Position numbers and translations under genes: made by a program | Source: Patescibacteria group bacterium | GTDB taxonomy: Bacteria; Patescibacteriota; Minisyncoccia; UBA6257; HR35 | DNA length: 20,696 nt | Assembly: GCA_030549845.1 (NCBI GenBank) | Contig: JAUQQN010000008.1 | Span: forward strand, 1 to 20,696 | Direction: 5' to 3' | Shown here: piece after piece, positions 15,156-20,696 of the stretch | Layout of the letters: every line of letters begins with the position of its first letter | Numbering within the stretch: the first letter of the stretch is position 1 | The notes under the pieces: model-generated | Database searches by the model: none | Told to the model about the DNA's origin: nothing | Seen by the model: the letters and a program-made list of their open reading frames with translations, nothing else

Positions 15156-18100
15156 ATGAAGAAAGTTTTTATGTCACGTTTCCAAAAATTTATATTAATA
15201 TTTTCTATCATTTTTTTTATTTTTATCTCAATCCCATCTTTTTCTTATGCATTTAATTTAAATTTCAACTTCAGTCTTTTCAAAGAAATTACTGAATTCA
15301 TTTTAAAGGTTTTTTCAAAACTTAAAGCACAGATTTTTGAGCCAGAAGTCTCTTTAGAAAAACAAGGTTTTGCTTATATTCTAAACGGAAATCCATCTGG
15401 CATAGAGCGATTTGGAAATTATGTTTATATGGTATTAAATGAAACCGTGAAATCACCTCTTGTTTATGACATATCTCAACCAGAAAAGCCTAAATTAGTT
15501 GAAATGGTATCTGCCCAGGGTTGGCCTACAAGGGTAAGAATGGTAGAAGGTACAAACTGGTTGTGGGTAGTTCATGGAAACACTTGGGCTTTTTACGATC
15601 TAAGTAATCCAGCAAAGCCACGCCTTGCAGAGGCTAATGAGGGACCTAACATAAAATTTATTCCACGAGGTAATGATAATCCACCTACAACTTTTAAGCA
15701 ACACCCTAATTTAACTTATACTTCAGTAGCTAATGCAAATACTTTATTTTACGGAAGAGAAAGTGATGGTAATTTATGGATAGAAATTTATGATATTTCT
15801 ACTCCAACTTCTCCTAAATTTTTATCTAAAATTGAAAATGCCACTCCAAGGAAGTTAAGGGGTAATTTACTTTTTGCTTTTGGAACTCCACCAACTTCTT
15901 CAAGAATACAAATTTATGATGTTTCTAACCCATCTAATCCTAGGCTTATAAGTAAAATTGACGATGTTCCAGATAATATAAAAAACTTAGGATTTGGTTT
16001 TGATGATCATATTGATTATGACTCTGAGAGAAAAATTATGACGATAGGAATAAAAAAATCAACGCCAAAACCTTATTGGGGTGCTAATTTAACGGATTCA
16101 AGAATGGGAGGCACTGTATCAGGGATAGCTGTTTATGATGTTTCCGATTGGAATTCTCCCAGGCTATTGGGGTTTGGCTATTATGGTGCAGGAGATAAAG
16201 AAAGATTAATAAATATGGATGAACATGTCTATTCTAATGGCTTTGTATATGGAGCCGACATTTTAGGTTATTTAGTTGTGTTCGATGTAAGAGATCCTCA
16301 AAACATTAAATTAATTTATGAAGACAAACAAGGTGGAGAAAGGTGCGCTTCTGCAGTGGTACCTGATAGAAATTTGGTTTTGATTACAGGAACATTATGG
16401 TCATCTTCAGGATTTCATATTGTAGATACTTCAGACCCAACAAACCCAAAAGTAACAGGTCATGTCCCCCATGTTGGGATGCAATGGGCTTCGACTTTTG
16501 GTGTGTATAAAAGCAGATATGCATATTTCCCTGTTGGAGCTAGATACATCGGTTCTCCTTTATATATTGTAGATTTTCAAGATCCTTATAATCCCAAAAT
16601 AGTAAATGTACTATGGAACTACGGAGGATATACTGATACATTGGTAATTGATGATTATTTATACCATGGTTATGGTTATATATTTTATTTAAAAGATGAC
16701 CCAATTAATCCTAGAAAATTAGATAAAACATTACCTACAGGCGGAGCAACAGCTTTATTCTACAAAGAACCTTATATTTTTGCAGTTAATCCATATAATT
16801 CGAGTACTTTAAATATAATAGATATTTCTAAAAGAGAGGATCCTGTATTAGTAAGTAGTGTAAAATTTAGCAGTGCTGATCATAGGGTAACAAGTATTAC
16901 TTCTATAGGTAATTATGTATTTGTAGCAGGAAATTCTGTAAGAGCTGTCGATATTTCAGATATTAAAAATCCAAAAATCGTTGGCGAATGGGGCTCTCAA
17001 GATATTCCTATATTAGCAGAACAAAAGCAAGTATGGTCCGATGGTAAATATTTATATATAGGAACTTATCATAGTGAAATTACAGCTTTTGACGTAAGTA
17101 CAATACCAACTCAGGGCAAACCTACAATGGTTTATAAATTAACTGGATTGCCAACTGCCTGGACAATTAATGGAGAAAAAGAGAGGGGATTGATTTATAG
17201 AATAGCTTTGTATGGTCTACAAGTAATAAAAATAAATTATAGAAACCAACCTAGAGATACAATACCTCCACCATCTCCAGAAAATGCAAGAGCAGAACTT
17301 ACGGATACAGCAATTAAAATTTCTTGGGATCCTGTTTCTGTTGAAGATTTAAGAGATTATAAAATTTATAAATCCACAAATAATTCTCCATTTACTTTAT
17401 TAACCACGGTTTCTTCAAGTACTAGAGAATATATTGACACAGATACAAAAGCCTCCTCAACTTATTCATATAAAATTTCAGCAAGAGATATTAATTTTAA
17501 TGAATCGCAGTTATCGAGCCCCACCGAGCCTATTCATATTCCCTTGCCTCCAGAAAATAAACCACCAACAACTGAAGATATAAATATTACTATTGATGAA
17601 GATACAGAGGTGAGTATAGAATTAAAAGCCACTGATCCAGAAAATGCCCCTCTTGAATTTAGGATAGTCAAAAAACCCAAATTAGGGGAAGTTTTATTCA
17701 TAAGTTCCACTACAGTAAAGTATAAACCTAAACCAAATGCTTTTGGTTTGGATGAGTTTACTTATGTAGCTTATGATGGCCAAAATTTCAGTAAAGAAGC
17801 ATTTGTAAGAATCCAAATAAATCCTGTCAACGATCCACCTGAGCCGCCGACAATTTTAAAACCATCAAATAATTCGAAAATTCTTTCAAATAACTTTATC
17901 TTAATTCTATATTCAAATGATATTGATAGTAAAAAAATTAAATATGAAATTTCCATTTTCAGTAGTACCTCTAAGTATTTATTTGAATCTCCTTATGTAC
18001 AACCCGGAGAAAAGCTTTATTATCCAATAAAAATCTCTAATCCTTTGGAAAATCCTGGGAAAATAGAAGTTATTGCAATTGATGAGGAAGGGGCAAAAAG

Positions 18101-18482
18101 TTTGCCAAGTTCTATTTCAGTTGAATTTGATTCAAAAGCAAATAAACCCCCCAAAACACCTAGATTGATTTTCCCTAGGCAATTATTTATTAGGTTACCA
18201 TTTCTTTTAATTATTTTACAAACAGAAGATGAAGATGATAATGAACTTTTTTATAACATAGAGATCTATAGGGGTAATGCGAAAGTTGTAGATTATAAAC
18301 AAATAACAAAGTCTGGAGAAACATTTATCTTTTCATTAAAAGAAAATAGCTATCTACCGCAAGAAAGGGCATATTTTGCTAGTTTCTTAATGCCGGGGGT
18401 ATATAAAATAAAAGTAACAGTAAGTGATGGTAAATCTGAATCCTCGCCCTTGGAATTCATCATAAGGATAATATGGAAATAA
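15156..18482 (+). CDS. Large secreted surface protein: signal peptide, about 12 LVIVD-type beta-propeller repeats, an FN3 domain, a cadherin/Ig-like domain and two C-terminal beta-sandwich-like modules
   Basis: Signal peptide FILIFSIIFFIFISIPSFSYA. The recurring blade motif [YFV]D[ILV]S.P..P[KR][LIF] (YDISQPEKPKLV, YDLSNPAKPRLA, YDISTPTSPKFL, YDVSNPSNPRLI, FDVRDPQNIKLI, VDTSDPTNPKV, VDFQDPYNPKIV, VDISDIKNPKIV and others) is typical of LVIVD repeats. The FN3-like segment is AIKISWDPVSVEDLRDYKIYKS...YSYKISARD. The cadherin-like segment is INITIDEDTEVSIELKATDPENAPLEF...FTYVAYDG...INPVNDPP. Confidence 0.75.
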   Translation: MKKVFMSRFQKFILIFSIIFFIFISIPSFSYAFNLNFNFSLFKEITEFILKVFSKLKAQIFEPEVSLEKQGFAYILNGNPSGIERFGNYVYMVLNETVKSPLVYDISQPEKPKLVEMVSAQGWPTRVRMVEGTNWLWVVHGNTWAFYDLSNPAKPRLAEANEGPNIKFIPRGNDNPPTTFKQHPNLTYTSVANANTLFYGRESDGNLWIEIYDISTPTSPKFLSKIENATPRKLRGNLLFAFGTPPTSSRIQIYDVSNPSNPRLISKIDDVPDNIKNLGFGFDDHIDYDSERKIMTIGIKKSTPKPYWGANLTDSRMGGTVSGIAVYDVSDWNSPRLLGFGYYGAGDKERLINMDEHVYSNGFVYGADILGYLVVFDVRDPQNIKLIYEDKQGGERCASAVVPDRNLVLITGTLWSSSGFHIVDTSDPTNPKVTGHVPHVGMQWASTFGVYKSRYAYFPVGARYIGSPLYIVDFQDPYNPKIVNVLWNYGGYTDTLVIDDYLYHGYGYIFYLKDDPINPRKLDKTLPTGGATALFYKEPYIFAVNPYNSSTLNIIDISKREDPVLVSSVKFSSADHRVTSITSIGNYVFVAGNSVRAVDISDIKNPKIVGEWGSQDIPILAEQKQVWSDGKYLYIGTYHSEITAFDVSTIPTQGKPTMVYKLTGLPTAWTINGEKERGLIYRIALYGLQVIKINYRNQPRDTIPPPSPENARAELTDTAIKISWDPVSVEDLRDYKIYKSTNNSPFTLLTTVSSSTREYIDTDTKASSTYSYKISARDINFNESQLSSPTEPIHIPLPPENKPPTTEDINITIDEDTEVSIELKATDPENAPLEFRIVKKPKLGEVLFISSTTVKYKPKPNAFGLDEFTYVAYDGQNFSKEAFVRIQINPVNDPPEPPTILKPSNNSKILSNNFILILYSNDIDSKKIKYEISIFSSTSKYLFESPYVQPGEKLYYPIKISNPLENPGKIEVIAIDEEGAKSLPSSISVEFDSKANKPPKTPRLIFPRQLFIRLPFLLIILQTEDEDDNELFYNIEIYRGNAKVVDYKQITKSGETFIFSLKENSYLPQERAYFASFLMPGVYKIKVTVSDGKSESSPLEFIIRIIWK

Positions 18483-20344
18483 AAAAATATTTTAAAATAA
18501 GTATCTTTTTGATTATATTATTATTTATCCCTATCTTCCAAACACATTCTTTCCAAATTGATAAATGCGATCTTAATAAAATAAGGCCTGTAGAATATAA
18601 ACAAAAGAATATTTATGTCAGGAATCTTCAAAATTGTTTATTGTCATTGGGCTACAAAATAAATAAAAAAGAATTAGGTTATTATGGTAAAACTACTATT
18701 TTGGCAGTAAGGCAATTTTATAGAGAGAATGCAACAAAAATTTATAATATAGCGAAAGGAGTAAATACACTATCTCAAATAAAAAATTGGAAAGGTTATA
18801 AATTTGGACCTGCTGGTGTTTCGTATTTAAAAAAATTAATTTTATCTAAAAAACCCAGCCCTGTTTACCCCTCGAAGTTAACTTTAAATGATATTTTTAT
18901 CATCTTAACACAAAAAATTGCTGAATCTTACAATAGATCAACAACTTCAATTGCTAGTACATCCACTAATTTAAGTGTCAAACCATTTTCTGAAGCAACT
19001 TCGTATCAAGTAAGTTCATTAGGAGGAACAAACATTTTCGGTGAAGAGACTGTTGCTTCTTCTCAAATTTCTTTTCAAAATTTTGGATATATTTTTAAGG
19101 GTGAAAGAAATGTAGAAATAAAATTTGTATATCCTGTTAAAGATGAATATATTTTATTTGGTGTAGATTACCCAGAGTCAGTTACCTTATCAGCTAATAG
19201 TATATTCGTTATCAAGTTAGATAAAGATAAAAAAATAAAATGGAGCAAAAGGTTTACTCAAAATAATCAAATTCTTGATATCAAAAAAGTACTTAAGCTA
19301 ACAGATAGTGATTTTTTGTTATTGATAGACTTACTAGATATAAATAATCTTGATATGTCAACAGCATTAATTAAAATATCTGATGACAAAATTGTTTTAA
19401 GCAAGAAGATATTATTCTCTAATTATGTAACATTGCCTGTTGATATGGATATTTTGGATAATTCCAACTTAATTTTGTTAGTAAGCTTACGAAATCCAAC
19501 TAGCTCAATGATTGGTCTATATAAAATACCCCTTAGTAATTTGGAAACTATTTTATGCGGAAAAGCATTTTATAAGCAAAATTCAATTCTTATGCCAACT
19601 GACTTAGAAATTTTAAATAATGAAATTTATATATTAGCTAATCATGTTGATGAAAATAGTAGTACTTCTGTTTTTGTGGCTAAGTTTGACAAAAATTGTC
19701 AATTCGTAAAAGGGAGTTTATTATCATTGGAGCAAGGTAAAATTAACCCTAACTTTATGAAAATTTTTAATAATGATTTATTATTAAGTGGCAGCACATT
19801 TTCTGCTCCTATACAAGCAGATATATTTCTAGTCCTTATGGATAATAACTTCACAATTAAATGGCAAAAAATTTATTCTAATTCAGATGTTAAATATATT
19901 TCAAATATTATACCCCTCGATGATCTACGCCTAATTCTTGTAGGAAACAGAAAACCAGGAAACATCGAAAATACCACTTCATTTCTTCTTAAAATTAAAG
20001 GAAGTAATGGTGATATAGAATTACAAAAATTTTTAAATTCTACTTATGACTTACTTTTTAACGATGCATATCAAATTATAAGTAGATATTTAATTATCAG
20101 TGGCAGCGGCAAATTGTTAGACCTGCAAAATCAAGTAGGCTTATTTTTAAGTTCAGATGTCGATTTTAATATGCCATTTAAAAAAGAATATAACATAGAT
20201 ATTTCAACATATAACCTTGTTCAAAGTTCTTTAAATTTTGTAAAATCAGATATATCTCTAAATACCACTAATGTTACGACTAATATAATAAATACTGAAA
20301 TTTCCACCTCTACAATAGATTTTGAGCAATTAGAATTATTTTAA
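18473..20344 (+). CDS. Secreted protein with an N-terminal peptidoglycan-binding (PG_binding_1-like) domain, an S/T-rich linker and a repeat-rich, probably beta-propeller, C-terminal region
   Basis: Signal peptide ISIFLIILLFIPIFQTHS. VRNLQNCLLSLGYKINKKELGYYGKTTILAVRQFY fits the PG_binding_1 pattern (V..LQ..L..lGY....dG.fG..T..AV..FQ). Recurring K[IT]KW.K.[FY] segments occur. A 10-nt overlap with the upstream gene (ATGGAAATAA) implies translational coupling. Confidence 0.7.
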   Translation: MEIKKYFKISIFLIILLFIPIFQTHSFQIDKCDLNKIRPVEYKQKNIYVRNLQNCLLSLGYKINKKELGYYGKTTILAVRQFYRENATKIYNIAKGVNTLSQIKNWKGYKFGPAGVSYLKKLILSKKPSPVYPSKLTLNDIFIILTQKIAESYNRSTTSIASTSTNLSVKPFSEATSYQVSSLGGTNIFGEETVASSQISFQNFGYIFKGERNVEIKFVYPVKDEYILFGVDYPESVTLSANSIFVIKLDKDKKIKWSKRFTQNNQILDIKKVLKLTDSDFLLLIDLLDINNLDMSTALIKISDDKIVLSKKILFSNYVTLPVDMDILDNSNLILLVSLRNPTSSMIGLYKIPLSNLETILCGKAFYKQNSILMPTDLEILNNEIYILANHVDENSSTSVFVAKFDKNCQFVKGSLLSLEQGKINPNFMKIFNNDLLLSGSTFSAPIQADIFLVLMDNNFTIKWQKIYSNSDVKYISNIIPLDDLRLILVGNRKPGNIENTTSFLLKIKGSNGDIELQKFLNSTYDLLFNDAYQIISRYLIISGSGKLLDLQNQVGLFLSSDVDFNMPFKKEYNIDISTYNLVQSSLNFVKSDISLNTTNVTTNIINTEISTSTIDFEQLELF

Positions 20345-20392
20345 TTTTTAATTAAGGATTAGGTATAAATATTTATTTCAAATTTTGAGTAA

Positions 20393-20427
20393 TTTTCTAT
20401 CCTAAGCTTTATCCACAATTCTTGCTT
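20393..20427 (+). promoter_or_regulatory. Shared upstream element, copy 2: TTTTCTATCC-N7-TATCCACAATT followed by TTGCTT (20422-20427), 17-nt spacer, TATATA (20445-20450). It lies 44 nt upstream of the 20464 ATG.
   Basis: TATCCACAATT at 20410-20420 is identical to 15104-15114. The downstream TTGCTT-17-TATATA forms a plausible promoter that would give a very short leader. Confidence 0.45.
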
Positions 20428-20463
20428 AACTTTCTCCTGCCTCTTATATAATTAATTTAAATA

Positions 20464-20696
20464 ATGCCTAATAATGTAAAAGTAAAAATTAACAAAAATA
20501 TAGGAATTTTCTTCTTATTTTTAACTATCTTTCTTTTTATCTACTCCTTAGTATATTCCTCACCCCCTCTTTCTCCTTATAGACCAGGAGAAACCCTAGA
20601 TCCTTCTTGCTCTCCAGGTGATCCTAATTGTACAGTATCTCCTCCTTTACCTACATATATATCTACTACAACAATAGTAGAACTTAATAATAATCT
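20464..20696 (+). CDS. 5' part of a secreted/membrane-anchored protein, truncated by the window edge (MPNNVKVKINKNIGIFFLFLTIFLFIYSLVYSSPPLSPYRPGETLDPSCSPGDPNCTV...)
   Basis: Hand translation from the ATG at 20464 stays open to the window end (77 codons). It has an N-terminal hydrophobic helix followed by a Pro/Cys motif, PGETLDPSCSPGDPNCTV. I recall similar motifs near the N-termini of large surface proteins of uncultivated bacteria, but that recollection is unverified. Confidence 0.55.
   Translation, partial: MPNNVKVKINKNIGIFFLFLTIFLFIYSLVYSSPPLSPYRPGETLDPSCSPGDPNCTVSPPLPTYISTTTIVELNNN

Noticed and set aside
17771-17956. 61-aa minus-strand ORF inside the LVIVD surface-protein gene
   Set aside because: It is an antisense shadow ORF with no supporting signals.
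15045-20576. Possible tRNA-Ser-linked genomic island: the 9-nt string CACCCCCTC from the tRNA 3' end (15035-15043) recurs at about 20565-20573
   Set aside because: The match is only 9 nt and falls inside the coding sequence of the third surface protein (encoding SPPLS). No integrase, excisionase or mobility gene is present, which is too weak for an att-site pair.
1-20696. Alternative genetic code (UGA recoding, as in some uncultivated lineages), CRISPR arrays, IS elements, prophage genes and inteins
   Set aside because: TGA clearly functions as a stop at the uvrC/secG ATGA junction, and all family-assigned ORFs are full length under the standard code. No repeat-spacer periodicity and no transposase, integrase or phage-like ORFs were seen. 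The reverse gyrase is collinear with canonical enzymes, with no intein-sized insertion.

Overview
Very AT-rich bacterial chromosomal window (hand-sampled coding lines are about 20-30% GC) with tightly packed, often overlapping genes. It uses the standard genetic code, since TGA serves as a stop. Leftward block (458-5880): type-A RNase P RNA, then ndk, rpmF (bL32), nusB, rnc, a PfkB-family kinase, bL25/Ctc and a coiled-coil lytic transglycosylase. This block is followed by a small self-contained locus with a near-consensus promoter, a 40-aa acidic ORF and a 15-bp hairpin. Rightward block (5921-10486): a uvrC lacking the C-terminal (HhH)2 domain, secG, a membrane-anchored family-5 solute-binding protein with no transporter partners, a PilM/PilN-like fusion ORF and rpmB (bL28). 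Next, a ParB/Srx-fold protein with a DGQHR motif is divergently paired with a full-length reverse gyrase, and the shared intergenic region carries a 12-nt direct repeat. The reverse gyrase stop codon lies 23 nt inside a tRNA-Ser(UGA). Downstream is a surface-protein cluster: an 1108-aa LVIVD beta-propeller/FN3/cadherin-like protein, translationally coupled to a 623-aa peptidoglycan-binding protein, plus a third, edge-truncated secreted protein. The two transcription units of this cluster share a conserved upstream element. No CRISPR array, transposase, integrase or rRNA was seen. My best candidates for something new are the ParB-like/reverse-gyrase divergent pair with its repeat-bearing control region and the co-regulated surface-protein cluster. 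The gene content (bL25/bL28/bL32, NusB, UvrC, SecG, type-A RNase P RNA) is bacterial. The streamlined look, SD-poor starts and giant surface proteins suggest an uncultivated small-genome lineage (CPR/Patescibacteria-like), possibly from a warm habitat. That taxonomic and habitat call is inference only.
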